IMG/VR virus record: IMGVR_UViG_2802429248_000006
Location: 1 to 26,851 of that record
Direction: 5' to 3' (one strand)
Source: a virus
Lineage: Duplodnaviria; Heunggongvirae; Uroviricota; Caudoviricetes
DNA: 26,851 bases
The position numbers were made by a program, and so were the translations under genes. Below are positions 16,244 through 25,798 of the stretch, one piece after another. The notes below the pieces were generated by a model that saw only the letters and a program-made list of their open reading frames with translations, was not told the origin of the DNA and made no database searches. Within the stretch, counting starts at the first letter, position 1, and each line of letters begins with the position of its first letter.

Positions 16244-18685
16244 TTAATACAGGTTCCGCCACTTATCATCTTCCCGCAAACGCTGGTTCCGATAGAAGAT
16301 ACGCAAGCCTGCTCCTGACGGAATACTGCCGCCGCGAAGGAGTAAATCGACCTCTTTCTCGCTACCATCAAATCCTCTGGACTTCAGCTCATAGACGAGC
16401 TGCTGTCGCTGATGATCTGTAATTCGCTGTTTGTAGTCTTTACGCCGTTTCGGTTTCACCAGGCGTAACCTTGCTGCCAGTTCCCGGCGCTCTTTTTTGC
16501 TCATACTGTGCAGATAATCGTGCAACTCCTTGTCATCCATGCGGGTAATATCCGTTCTGGTGTCCCCATCAGCTGATTTATCTTTCTCCTGTTGGTTCAA
16601 ATTTTCAGCAAGGGGACAGTTATTGCCACGAGTCCAAGGGGCGCAAGCGCCCTGGTCGGCTGCCGCCTCCTGAACGTCAACGGCCTTACGAACCATTTTC
16701 CACTTCACGGCATGAGTGCAGATCTTGCCCTCTGCAATGGGTGACCAGATGCCATAAATACGAATGCCGTGATCGCCATAGGCGGTCGGCTCTTCGTTAA
16801 TTTCATAAGCGGTTCTGATGAGGTGATATTTGCGGGGAACCAGTACGCCGCCCTGCTTCATGATGTAGGTGGCAAAACAACCAGCATCAGCAGCAGCCAG
16901 GATGGCATCAAGGCGCGGGTTATCCAGTACCGGCGCACCTGCTTTTTTGTCGCCCTGTTGCCTTGCCGCCTGACCAGCCAGCAATCGCAGTTCACGGTAA
17001 GCCTGACGCCCCGGAATGCCAAAGAAGCGGAATTGCTGAACACGATGCAGAGACGCCCAGGCATTAACGTATTCAGCGTTATCACGCAGGGATTTACCCG
17101 TTTCCTTGCTGATCTCGCCAGCCAGACCACGCCCGTCAATGTTCTTACTGATGTATTTCGCGATGTAGCTTGTTGGCGTACCTTTGCGCGGGTTTATCAG
17201 CTCAGACTTAAAGCGTGGTCCCGTGTTATTACCCAGCTCCTCGCGGTCTTCACGAATGGCAAACTTACGCAACAAAGCAGTAATGGCGCGGCGATCTTTT
17301 TTGCGCATAAAACACAACAGGTGCCAGTGAACTGTACCGTCATGATGCGGCTCAGCCACCCGCACGCCATACCAGCGCAATCCGGCTTTGTGCATCGCCT
17401 TACGAAATGCAGCAAACATGCCGACCAGATAATCACTGCTTTGTCTTACCGTCGCATTTGTCCAGGTCGGGTTGGGCCTGCCGTTATTTAGCGTGGAATG
17501 GAAACGTGACGGACAGGTGATGGTGTAGAAAACGGCGCAGTCACTGCGCATTTCCGCGATAAGCTCCAGACCTTTAACACAGGCCATCATCTCATTGCGG
17601 CGATGCGCCGGGTTGCTGCTGCTGGCGTTTACCACATCTTCCATATCCAGCGTGTCGCCGTTTTCGTTCACCAGTTCATGAGAACGGAAAAACTCCAGCG
17701 ACTTACGGCGCTGCTCACGTTTATGCATCACGGCTTCATAGCTGACATAGGGAGATGCTTTTTTGCTGACCAGGCAGACAGCACGCAACTGCTCTTCCCG
17801 CCATTCGCAGCGCATCTTCCATAATTTCCGATACCACCAGTCGGCACACAACATACGCGCCAGCGAACCCGGAATGAGTTCATAGGGCACGGGTTTGCGA
17901 CGCTTTCTTTTCCGACGAAGTTGCTCAAACGCAGGCGGGATAACATCCAGTCGCAGGGTTTCCGCTGCCACCTTTTCCCATGTCTTGCGGATTTCTTCTG
18001 GCTTAACATCATCGGTGGCGTACAAATCACCACAAGCGGCATCAAGGCACATGCTCATATGCGCAGCTACCAGGGTGGACAGGCGTTTCACCTGATCCTG
18101 ACTCATTTCAGGCAGGATCAGCAGGCCGTCCAGCCCTTCATGGCTCGCCATAAAGCGAAAAGAAGTGGATAGCTGACTGTCGCGTACATGCTCCAGCCGT
18201 TCCAGACATGGCTTAATCGTCTCACGCAAATAGCGGGAATAAGCCTTTGGCCTGCCCAGGCTGCTGAAGTATTCAATACGTTGCATCAGCGGCTTGCTGA
18301 TATGGGAAGGCTGGGCGTTAACGTCCGCCAGAATGACCATGTCCGGATTAAAACGCTGCTGCTCATGCGCCAGCTTTGCCCGGCTAATGAGCTTATCCTG
18401 CTCCATTTCGCGTTGGACAGGATCACGGGATTCATTAAAGAAATAACGCTCCCAGACCTGATCACTCAGTGCCTCGCGGCGCACTTGTTCCTGCTCGTTA
18501 TCGGCAGCGTACAGAGTGATCAGGTTTGAAAGCGCAGAAACCGGCGCAACTTCCGCCGGGTCCAGATAAGGGTTAATGGCTTTCTTAGGTAAATTCCACG
18601 AATAACCCCCGGCAGAATTCTCAATGCTACCGGAAGTTACACTGACAAATGGATCGGCAAGACGGCCTGTGCTGATCTCTGTCAC
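16244..18685 (-). CDS. A: Replication initiation protein A (rolling-circle HUH endonuclease)
   Basis: 813-aa ORF with P2 A-type motifs ([25 protein letters not shown]); GTG start overlaps the upstream stop (GTGA). Confidence 0.9.
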   Translation of the reverse strand: MTEISTGRLADPFVSVTSGSIENSAGGYSWNLPKKAINPYLDPAEVAPVSALSNLITLYAADNEQEQVRREALSDQVWERYFFNESRDPVQREMEQDKLISRAKLAHEQQRFNPDMVILADVNAQPSHISKPLMQRIEYFSSLGRPKAYSRYLRETIKPCLERLEHVRDSQLSTSFRFMASHEGLDGLLILPEMSQDQVKRLSTLVAAHMSMCLDAACGDLYATDDVKPEEIRKTWEKVAAETLRLDVIPPAFEQLRRKRKRRKPVPYELIPGSLARMLCADWWYRKLWKMRCEWREEQLRAVCLVSKKASPYVSYEAVMHKREQRRKSLEFFRSHELVNENGDTLDMEDVVNASSSNPAHRRNEMMACVKGLELIAEMRSDCAVFYTITCPSRFHSTLNNGRPNPTWTNATVRQSSDYLVGMFAAFRKAMHKAGLRWYGVRVAEPHHDGTVHWHLLCFMRKKDRRAITALLRKFAIREDREELGNNTGPRFKSELINPRKGTPTSYIAKYISKNIDGRGLAGEISKETGKSLRDNAEYVNAWASLHRVQQFRFFGIPGRQAYRELRLLAGQAARQQGDKKAGAPVLDNPRLDAILAAADAGCFATYIMKQGGVLVPRKYHLIRTAYEINEEPTAYGDHGIRIYGIWSPIAEGKICTHAVKWKMVRKAVDVQEAAADQGACAPWTRGNNCPLAENLNQQEKDKSADGDTRTDITRMDDKELHDYLHSMSKKERRELAARLRLVKPKRRKDYKQRITDHQRQQLVYELKSRGFDGSEKEVDLLLRGGSIPSGAGLRIFYRNQRLREDDKWRNLY

Positions 18686-19692
18686 TCACAGACTCCTGCA
18701 TATACACTGCTGCACACCGCTTTATCATTCATGCCTGCCAGCAGGTCAAACTGCATACCGCCCCGAGTCGTTAAGGCCCAGTCCCGATAAGTTTCAATGC
18801 CATAAGCATCAACAGTTATGACTTCGATCCGTTTTTCATCACGGCGCGGATCATGCGTGGATGGAAAGAACGTTGAATTGCCACGTCTTGAACATTCCGC
18901 AACCAGTCTTTCCCACTCAGCCACTCGGCGGATTTCTTCTGGCCAGCGTTGGAAAATCTCAGCAAGTTCTGACTTGCGAGCATGAATACATGGCATACAA
19001 CCGACACGACTGCATCCCTGCATATAAAGGGGGTTAGGCTTAATGCCATGACGTTTGGCAATAGCAAACACATCCTCATGCAGCCAATTAAGGATCGGAC
19101 GATAAACATGCAGGCCCAGAGTATTGTCTGCATCGTCCTCCCACTCAGGCAACAATGCACGTTCCGGTGATTCCTGCCCCCGGACTCCTTGCCAGCTGAT
19201 TACCTCATCGTATTCATCCAGAGCCGGATCGATTACCTGTGTACGTATTGGTTCATGTTTCAGTTCAAAAGTGCAGAAACGAGCTTTTGTTGAAGGGAAG
19301 CGACCTTTCCACATGCACAAATCAAGAAACGGAACGCCGGTTGGTTTAAGGATTTCCAGTGCCCGGTAAATACGTTCCTCAGCCTCATCTGTCGACATAC
19401 CACATTCCTCAACGAGAGAAATGGGCCACTTTTCCGCAATGAATTTACGTTTCCCTTCTATCTGGCGTGTGAAATCCGCTTTGACGCGAATAATCTTGCC
19501 CAGCTTTGATTCCAGATAATCCAGATATTCTATTGTCTGTGGATGTTCATGACCCGTATCGGCAAATACAGAAATATGCGGAACATCGTTTTCAATGGCT
19601 CTTAACCATTGAGCGAGACTATCTTTGCCACCAGAAGTAGTGATGATGTTAATGGTGCTTGAGGCAAAGCAACGCGGATCGATAGCATTCAT
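18682..19692 (-). CDS. PAPS-reductase / DndC-like PP-loop ATP pyrophosphatase family protein
   Basis: 336-aa ORF with PP-loop motif (TSGGKDS) and a C-terminal cysteine cluster (CSRVGCMPC); ATG overlaps the Dam stop (ATGA). Confidence 0.75.
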   Translation of the reverse strand: MNAIDPRCFASSTINIITTSGGKDSLAQWLRAIENDVPHISVFADTGHEHPQTIEYLDYLESKLGKIIRVKADFTRQIEGKRKFIAEKWPISLVEECGMSTDEAEERIYRALEILKPTGVPFLDLCMWKGRFPSTKARFCTFELKHEPIRTQVIDPALDEYDEVISWQGVRGQESPERALLPEWEDDADNTLGLHVYRPILNWLHEDVFAIAKRHGIKPNPLYMQGCSRVGCMPCIHARKSELAEIFQRWPEEIRRVAEWERLVAECSRRGNSTFFPSTHDPRRDEKRIEVITVDAYGIETYRDWALTTRGGMQFDLLAGMNDKAVCSSVYAGVCE

Positions 19693-20537
19693 GCGCGTAC
19701 CTCAACGGTACGGTCAGAGCCGCTGGCAAAATCGACACCAAACCACCCAGCTGATTTGGTGGCAATGATTTCTGTTGCAGATTTACTCTCGCCAGCTGAC
19801 ACGCCAATGCTGCGTTTTGACTTGATGTAGTGGTGAGTGAAATTGCGATACAGCGAACGGATCAGGGATGTGTCACTGTTAGAAACAATGACCGGATGAC
19901 CTTCAGATGATCGATGTTCAAGAACGGATGCCAGGTGATACTGGTCATCTTCAGTGAAGCCATCAGTGTGATAGCCGGAAAACGTACCGTCATAAGGCGG
20001 ATCGCAATACACCACATCCCCCACCTTCAACATCGCCAGCGTTTCATCAAAGCTGGCGCAGATAAACGTTGCCTGCTGGGCTTTCTCTGCAAATGCGCGA
20101 ATTTCTTTTTCAGGGAAATACGGATTTTTATAATTACCGTAGGGAATGTTGAAATACCCGCTCTTGTTATAGCGACATAACCCACGGTAACCATGACGAT
20201 TGAGATACAGAAAATATACCGCTTTTATGAAATCAGTAATTTCAGTGGAGTAATTAAACTCCTGCCTTATGTTGTAATAAGCCACCTCCCTGTTTGCTTC
20301 CTCAAATAAAGCTCTGGCACGAGATATAAACGCCTCACAATCAGCAGCAACCTTTTTATAGAGGTTGATTAAATCAGGATTAATATCCGCAACAAGATAG
20401 CTGGGGTAATCCGTCTCCATCATCACTGCACAGGAACCCGCGAAAGGTTCAACCAGTCGCGGGCCAGCAGGAAGATGCTTTTTCAGTTCGGACATTATGG
20501 CGGTTTTATTTCCCGCCCATTTCAGGATAGTGCTCAT
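19689..20537 (-). CDS. dam: DNA N6-adenine methyltransferase (Dam-like)
   Basis: ORF 19689..20597 trimmed to the ATG ([11 protein letters not shown]) behind a GGAGGTG Shine-Dalgarno; motif I (FAGSCAV) and motif IV (DPPY). Confidence 0.85.
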   Translation of the reverse strand: MSTILKWAGNKTAIMSELKKHLPAGPRLVEPFAGSCAVMMETDYPSYLVADINPDLINLYKKVAADCEAFISRARALFEEANREVAYYNIRQEFNYSTEITDFIKAVYFLYLNRHGYRGLCRYNKSGYFNIPYGNYKNPYFPEKEIRAFAEKAQQATFICASFDETLAMLKVGDVVYCDPPYDGTFSGYHTDGFTEDDQYHLASVLEHRSSEGHPVIVSNSDTSLIRSLYRNFTHHYIKSKRSIGVSAGESKSATEIIATKSAGWFGVDFASGSDRTVEVRA

Positions 20538-20761
20538 ACAGCACCTCCGTTGTAATGTTTGCCTTTCAGCTCTGCGATTTCCTGACAGGTAATGCAAAGC
20601 TGCACACCCGGAATGGCACGACGGCGTGCTGGCGGAATTGGCGCTTCACACTCAATGCAAAGCACACGAGACACGCCCGGTGTTTTGGCACGGGCAGCAC
20701 GAATATGGCGCTGGCGTTCTTCTTCAACGCGCTGCTGTACGAGATCCATTGCATCAGCCAT
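20534..20761 (-). CDS. TraR/DksA-type C4 zinc-finger protein
   Basis: 75-aa ORF with CxxC...CxxC (CIECE...CITCQ); stop overlaps the Dam start (ATGA). Confidence 0.7.
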   Translation of the reverse strand: MADAMDLVQQRVEEERQRHIRAARAKTPGVSRVLCIECEAPIPPARRRAIPGVQLCITCQEIAELKGKHYNGGAV

Positions 20762-20994
20762 TAGTGGATCTCCTGCGCTTCGTTCTGGATTGCTTCAGCA
20801 GTTACACGCAGCAGTTCTGCCGCTTCGACGTGGTTTAGCTGGCTGGATGTGATATGACACGCCAGGCTATCAAGGCGAGCTGCCATTGCTTCAGCCCTTG
20901 CCCGGCGTTCTTCCAGACGAGCCTCTGTCAGTAAAATATTAAGCCCTGCGTCGTCCGGTCCGGTTTTAGTCGTGAGGGTTTCAATATTACGCAT
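20761..20994 (-). CDS. Hypothetical early protein
   Basis: ORF 20761..21000; internal ATG preceded by AGGAGA; same strand as the early operon. Confidence 0.5.
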   Translation of the reverse strand: MRNIETLTTKTGPDDAGLNILLTEARLEERRARAEAMAARLDSLACHITSSQLNHVEAAELLRVTAEAIQNEAQEIH

Positions 20995-21061
20995 AATCAA
21001 TTCTCCTGAATTTAGATAAAGGGATGCCCGGCGGGTTTACGCCATGATTTTCATTAATTGG

Positions 21062-21403
21062 TTAATTCGGCATGGTTAGCCGTCTGGGAAATAAGCTCAC
21101 CACTGCACGAAAATGATTCATTGCTTTAATCAGCTCCCGCTTTTCGTCAGTGGTCAGCTCATTAATGCTGATGCTATGACGTTCAGCTGGAATTTTTGCC
21201 ATAAAGAATATGGCAGCCAGTGCTCGTTTATTTTGTTCGTTATTGATATCCCGTGGATCACGCATATCTTTAATAAACCGCTCAAGCTCTGACTCAATAT
21301 TCAGGCCAAAAACTTTCGCCCTTAATTCCGCTATGTGATTAAGTCCATTCAGGCGTTCACCGGGACTTAATGGAACAGTCGCCGCAGCGCCTTCAATAGC
21401 CAT
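21062..21403 (-). CDS. Hypothetical protein (113 aa)
   Basis: Intact ORF in a lower-GC patch; divergent from the plus-strand ORF at 21485. Confidence 0.5.
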   Translation of the reverse strand: MAIEGAAATVPLSPGERLNGLNHIAELRAKVFGLNIESELERFIKDMRDPRDINNEQNKRALAAIFFMAKIPAERHSISINELTTDEKRELIKAMNHFRAVVSLFPRRLTMPN

Positions 21404-21484
21404 TTACGCATCCCACAACACATCTACTAAAAAATTTTTGATATGATCCATTACCAACATATTGATAGCTAGAAGGAATCATCA

Positions 21485-21733
21485 ATGTTGAACCCGGTTG
21501 AAAGAGAGCGTATAGAGCAACTTGAAAACGAGATCTCCAGTCTTCGCGATGAGGTTGCTGTTCAACGAATTCTTGTTTCAGGTCTGATCCACTCCTTATT
21601 TCGAACTGACTCAGCAAATCAATCTGCATTTTTTGAGCTCCTCCGCGAAGAATTAAACAAACTTCCTTTAGGTTCGGTTAAACAACAAGAATTCACTCAT
21701 CTGATACAGACACTGATAGATCGTTATCGATAA
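21485..21733 (+). CDS. Hypothetical small protein (82 aa) on the opposite strand to the early operon
   Basis: ATG with an AAGGAA Shine-Dalgarno and an upstream TTGATA -35-like hexamer; AT-rich; heptad-like N-terminus (ERERIEQLENEISSLRDEVAV). Confidence 0.45.
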   Translation: MLNPVERERIEQLENEISSLRDEVAVQRILVSGLIHSLFRTDSANQSAFFELLREELNKLPLGSVKQQEFTHLIQTLIDRYR

Positions 21734-21948
21734 ATATTTCGCCGATAACGTTCAAGAGGTGATGTCTTTATACGCATCACTTCTTGTACTTTTTCACCAC
21801 GTATAAAGGTTCCATCCTTTAGCGTGAAAAAGTAGCTACCATCGCCCGACAACGACGGATAGCAACAGAGCAAATCATCTTCAGGTACTGAATAATTCTC
21901 CCCTCTGTAACGAAACTGATAAACCACTTCACTTTCTGCCGCATACAT
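21724..21948 (-). CDS. Hypothetical protein (74 aa)
   Basis: ORF on the early-operon strand; overlaps the 3' end of ORF 21819..22145 in another frame. Confidence 0.4.
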   Translation of the reverse strand: MYAAESEVVYQFRYRGENYSVPEDDLLCCYPSLSGDGSYFFTLKDGTFIRGEKVQEVMRIKTSPLERYRRNIYR

Positions 21949-22115
21949 TTGGACTTTCTCCGTTTCCTCGTGGTCAATTCAGACAGCAATTCATCTTGTG
22001 AATAACATGGATGCCAGCGTTTACCATCCTCACCCATGATCCAGCCGTGACCGTAGTGCATTGCCGGGCTTTGTTTTACCAGCAGCGATGCAAATGATGG
22101 TTCTTTCGTCAGCAT
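21819..22115 (-). CDS. Hypothetical protein downstream of cII; 3' portion overlaps the next ORF and may be read-through
   Basis: ATG 8 nt after the cII stop with a GAGGTG Shine-Dalgarno; C-terminal third overlaps 21724..21948 and looks low-complexity. Confidence 0.35.
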   Translation of the reverse strand: MLTKEPSFASLLVKQSPAMHYGHGWIMGEDGKRWHPCYSQDELLSELTTRKRRKSKCMRQKVKWFISFVTEGRIIQYLKMICSVAIRRCRAMVATFSR

Positions 22116-22122
22116 AAGCACC

Positions 22123-22632
22123 TCACAGCAAACCAAATGAAGCACCGAGGCCAGTCACGGTATCAACTGCACTCGCCATCGCAGGGTTAGCCTGTAAACG
22201 GGCCTGCAATGAAACAGCAGCCAACGCCATCAGTCGTGTTATAGAGTTAATGCTGCTGATAGCATCACGACGGCCTGCACTGGTTTTTACATCGCCAGAT
22301 ACCGCGCCTGCAGCTACACGCCCGATCTCTGCTGTTGCACTCATGACGTAATGCGGCAGTTTCTCTTTTGCCACCTCATTAATCGGAACACATGGCAGGC
22401 AGTGAATCTGTGCCAGAAAACCATCTACCAGTGTTGAGTCTTCTGTCAGATCAGTAAGCAACCAAATTTCTGGTGCGGTTAATAAATGAGGTTGAGCTGG
22501 ATTCAGCTTGTTCCGCAGAATCTGCACATTCATACCTGCACGTTCTGCCAGTTGCACCAAGTTGTGGCGCAATGCAAATGCACGACAGGCTTCATCAAAA
22601 TGTGGATGTTTGGAAACTTGGTAATCAAACAT
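22123..22632 (-). CDS. cII: 186 CII-like transcriptional regulator
   Basis: ORF trimmed to [19 protein letters not shown]...; N-terminal HTH-like segment ([16 protein letters not shown]); second gene of the rightward early operon as in 186. Confidence 0.65.
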   Translation of the reverse strand: MFDYQVSKHPHFDEACRAFALRHNLVQLAERAGMNVQILRNKLNPAQPHLLTAPEIWLLTDLTEDSTLVDGFLAQIHCLPCVPINEVAKEKLPHYVMSATAEIGRVAAGAVSGDVKTSAGRRDAISSINSITRLMALAAVSLQARLQANPAMASAVDTVTGLGASFGLL

Positions 22633-22664
22633 AGTCGACACTCCTGATGCATCCCAAAATGGAA

Positions 22665-22886
22665 CTAGTTGAATACAACATTGCAATCAGTAAGTGCATC
22701 AACGGTAAGAGCAGCAAGGTTGATCATTACCTTTTCTCTTTTCTTGTCTTTCCGAAGTCGATGGCGAGGGATACGACCATCAGCCAGCATATCGTTGATG
22801 GTGTCGATAGAAAGACCAGTAAGTTCGCTATAACGCTCAATTGTGACGTGTGGCGTATTCAGAGTTATTGAAATGTTAGGGGTCAT
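22665..22886 (-). CDS. apl: Apl/Cox-like excisionase-repressor
   Basis: 73-aa HTH protein ([24 protein letters not shown]), first gene of the early operon, divergent from cI. Confidence 0.65.
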   Translation of the reverse strand: MTPNISITLNTPHVTIERYSELTGLSIDTINDMLADGRIPRHRLRKDKKREKVMINLAALTVDALTDCNVVFN

Positions 22887-22973
22887 GATGCAACATCTCC
22901 TATTGGCTTGTGGTGAGCCGGTATTAATCGTGACAAAACATCACAAAACGGAGAATAGGTTCACATAAAGAAT

Positions 22974-23912
22974 ATGTCAACTCAAAAAATCACATTTCGC
23001 CATATTGAAGATAGTCTGAAAGCTATGGTCATGCAGAATCGTGGAGGGCAAAAAGTCATTGAGAGGATACTCAAGGCCTATGGTTTCAAATCACGCCAAG
23101 CCTTCTGTAAGCATCTTGGTATTTCACAAAGCACAATGGCTAATAGATATGCACGCGATACCTTCCCTGCTGATTGGGTTGTTATATGTTCAATGGAAAC
23201 TGGCGCATCCCTAGAATGGCTGGCCTTTGGTTCTAACAATGCAGAAGAAAGTTTCCCCCCTTATGTGGAACAACATGATGAAACAGTCCCACATGAGGGG
23301 TTTAACAGCAACGCTCATCAATCATCCTTTAAGCGCCGCATTGAGAATCACATTGAGCTTACTAACGGAGGAAAAGCCGCGATAGAGAGGATTGTTAATG
23401 CTTACGGGTTTAAAACCCGCCAAGCCTTAGCCGACCACCTTGGTATTTCAAAAAGCACATTAGCCACACGATACATGCGAGATTCTTTCCCTGCGGATTG
23501 GGTGATTAAATGCGCATTAGAAACCAAAGCGGATCTCGCCTGGCTAGTTACAGGAATCGAAACACCAAATAGTTCACAAGAAGAAAACACTGTAATTTTA
23601 AATAAGTTCAATTTAGTCAATGGCGTGCTTGTCGAGTCAGGTTTTTTATCCATGGATCGGTGTCTACTTCCGAAGCAAGAAACTAGCAGCTTGATGTTTG
23701 TAAGCAATGGAGAAAAACATGTCATATGTGATAAAGAATTTCACCTAATTAGAGATGGAAAATGGTTAGTAGGAATTGACAATGAGTTATCTTTAAAAGA
23801 GTTAACTCGTTTACCTAAGAACAAAATTCTTGTTTCTGGTGGGAGTAAGGATTTTGAGTGTTCCATTGAGGATATTCAAATTATAGCCAGCATTATCTTA
23901 ACAATACAATAA
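22974..23912 (+). CDS. cI: CI-like immunity repressor with two tandem N-terminal HTH domains
   Basis: 312-aa ORF; residues ~27-95 and ~130-200 are clear paralogous copies (ERILKAYGFKSRQAF...FPADWVVICSMETGASLEWL vs ERIVNAYGFKTRQAL...FPADWVIKCALETKADLAWL), resembling the 186 CI N-terminal domain as I recall it. Confidence 0.7.
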   Translation: MSTQKITFRHIEDSLKAMVMQNRGGQKVIERILKAYGFKSRQAFCKHLGISQSTMANRYARDTFPADWVVICSMETGASLEWLAFGSNNAEESFPPYVEQHDETVPHEGFNSNAHQSSFKRRIENHIELTNGGKAAIERIVNAYGFKTRQALADHLGISKSTLATRYMRDSFPADWVIKCALETKADLAWLVTGIETPNSSQEENTVILNKFNLVNGVLVESGFLSMDRCLLPKQETSSLMFVSNGEKHVICDKEFHLIRDGKWLVGIDNELSLKELTRLPKNKILVSGGSKDFECSIEDIQIIASIILTIQ

Positions 23913-23955
23913 CATTGCAGACATTACTTTTAAATACTTACTGGAGGAGTCTAAA

Positions 23956-25725
23956 ATGAATCATCATCTTTCAAAGATTTCTATAAAAAACTTTAGATCT
24001 TGCAAAGATATTGATATCAATTTTTCTTCATTCACGCCTTTAATCGGTTACAACAATGCTGGTAAGTCAACGATTTTAAATGCTATTGAATGGCTTTTTA
24101 AGAAAAAACTTTTGTCCTCTGATGATTATACTAATCCAGATAACCCTATAGAAGTTATAGGTACAGTTAAGGGTATTACTGAAGATATTTTGTCAGCTTT
24201 AACAGAAGAAAACAGAACTAGAATTTCACCCTACATTATTGATGGGGTATTGATATTTAAGCGTCAACAGCCTGTTGGTGCTCAAAGTGCAAAAGACGTC
24301 AGATTATTAATTAAAAACCCAGAAAATAACGAATTCAGGACATCACCAACGGGTATTGAGAATGCGATAAAAGCTTTATTTCCAGACCCAATACGTATAG
24401 GTGCAATGGAAAATGCAGCGGATGATTCTTCAAAATCAAAAACAGGAACTACAATAGGTAAGTTGCTGGCAGAATTGAGTTGCAAAATAGAAGAGAAGCA
24501 CACTCAAAGGATACTAAGCCATTTAAATGCCGTTAATAGAAGAATGACTGCAACCGGTAATAAACGAATATCGGACCTCAATGATATTGATGATTCAATA
24601 AGTAGTAAAGTTGCTGATTTCTTCCCTGGGATAAGTTTAAAACTACACTTCGAACTCCCTGACTTCAAGGATATATTTAAATCAGGGACTGTAAAAGTAT
24701 ATGAAGATTCATTTCCCGGCATTGCTCGTGACTGTTCTTCTTATGGTCATGGCACACAGCGTTCGATTCAGATGGCTCTAATAAGACATTTAGCTGATAT
24801 AACCAACGGTGATGATATTAAAACAACTACTCTACTGTTAATAGATGAACCTGAGTTATATCTTCACCCATTTGCTATCGAACAAATTAGAGAATCTCTA
24901 AAAACACTATCTCATCATGGATATCAAATAATTTTCTCTACCCATTCATCTCAAATGATTACCTCTGACTTAGCAAAAGACACTGTGTTAATCAGAAAAA
25001 ACAGTCAGCGTGGCACTCATTGCAGATTAACATTAAAAGAAGCAGTCAATAAAGTAATCGAACAACGACCAGCACAAGCAACCCATTTATTTTCATTAAC
25101 ACAGTCTTCAAAAGTTTTGTTTGCTAACAATGTAATACTAACAGAAGGTAAAACAGAGACTACTCTGCTCCCATTTATTTTTAACAAAGTTAAAAATAAA
25201 ACATTAGGTCAGATGCAAATAGCACTAATTGAAACAGGGTCCGTTGAAAGTATATCTAAAACGATGCAAATTCTAAATTCAATGGATATACCTACAAAAG
25301 CAATTGTTGATTTAGATTTTGCGTTCCGCGGTGCAATAAGGAACAACTTCTTAGAACATAATGACGAGGATATTTTACGACTAAAAGAAATCTTGAGAAG
25401 TATGCATGCTAATGGAGAATGCACTCTCGATGGATCCGGTTTGCCTACAAAGGGTAGTAACACTACCGCAGCTGAAGCATTTGCTATTATGTCTCAAAAG
25501 CCCGGCGCCAGAGAATTTTTGTCATCATTAGCCGCAAAACTGAGAAATGCAAATATTTGGATTTGGCTAAATGGTTCGATAGAAAACCATTTGGGTCTTA
25601 CAGAAAAAAATGAATCAGTATGGGCTGATTTCAAAACAAAAGCAGATACACAACCTCTTTCAGATATCTGTGCAGATTTCGAAAGTATTGAGGCTTTAGT
25701 CGACTGGATTACCCCTGACGTATGA
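23956..25725 (+). CDS. old: OLD-family ABC-ATPase / TOPRIM nuclease (P2 Old-like, class 1)
   Basis: 589-aa ORF with Walker A (GYNNAGKST), Walker B (LLLIDEPELYLHP), TOPRIM-type glutamate (VILTEGKTE) and DxD (VDLDFA); GGAGGAG Shine-Dalgarno; AT-rich. Confidence 0.85.
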   Translation: MNHHLSKISIKNFRSCKDIDINFSSFTPLIGYNNAGKSTILNAIEWLFKKKLLSSDDYTNPDNPIEVIGTVKGITEDILSALTEENRTRISPYIIDGVLIFKRQQPVGAQSAKDVRLLIKNPENNEFRTSPTGIENAIKALFPDPIRIGAMENAADDSSKSKTGTTIGKLLAELSCKIEEKHTQRILSHLNAVNRRMTATGNKRISDLNDIDDSISSKVADFFPGISLKLHFELPDFKDIFKSGTVKVYEDSFPGIARDCSSYGHGTQRSIQMALIRHLADITNGDDIKTTTLLLIDEPELYLHPFAIEQIRESLKTLSHHGYQIIFSTHSSQMITSDLAKDTVLIRKNSQRGTHCRLTLKEAVNKVIEQRPAQATHLFSLTQSSKVLFANNVILTEGKTETTLLPFIFNKVKNKTLGQMQIALIETGSVESISKTMQILNSMDIPTKAIVDLDFAFRGAIRNNFLEHNDEDILRLKEILRSMHANGECTLDGSGLPTKGSNTTAAEAFAIMSQKPGAREFLSSLAAKLRNANIWIWLNGSIENHLGLTEKNESVWADFKTKADTQPLSDICADFESIEALVDWITPDV

Positions 25726-25773
25726 TTTAATATTTACATACATTGACCACTGGTCAAACATACAGTTAAATTT

Positions 25774-25798
25774 AGCCCTCTGACATGAGGGCTTTTTT
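25774..25798 (+). terminator. Rho-independent terminator immediately upstream of the int start
   Basis: AGCCCTC-tgacat-GAGGGCT followed by TTTTTT; the int ATG starts at 25799. Confidence 0.6.

Noticed and set aside
16769-17491. 240-aa plus-strand ORF inside replication gene A
   Set aside because: Antisense to A, which carries clear conserved rolling-circle motifs; no start context.
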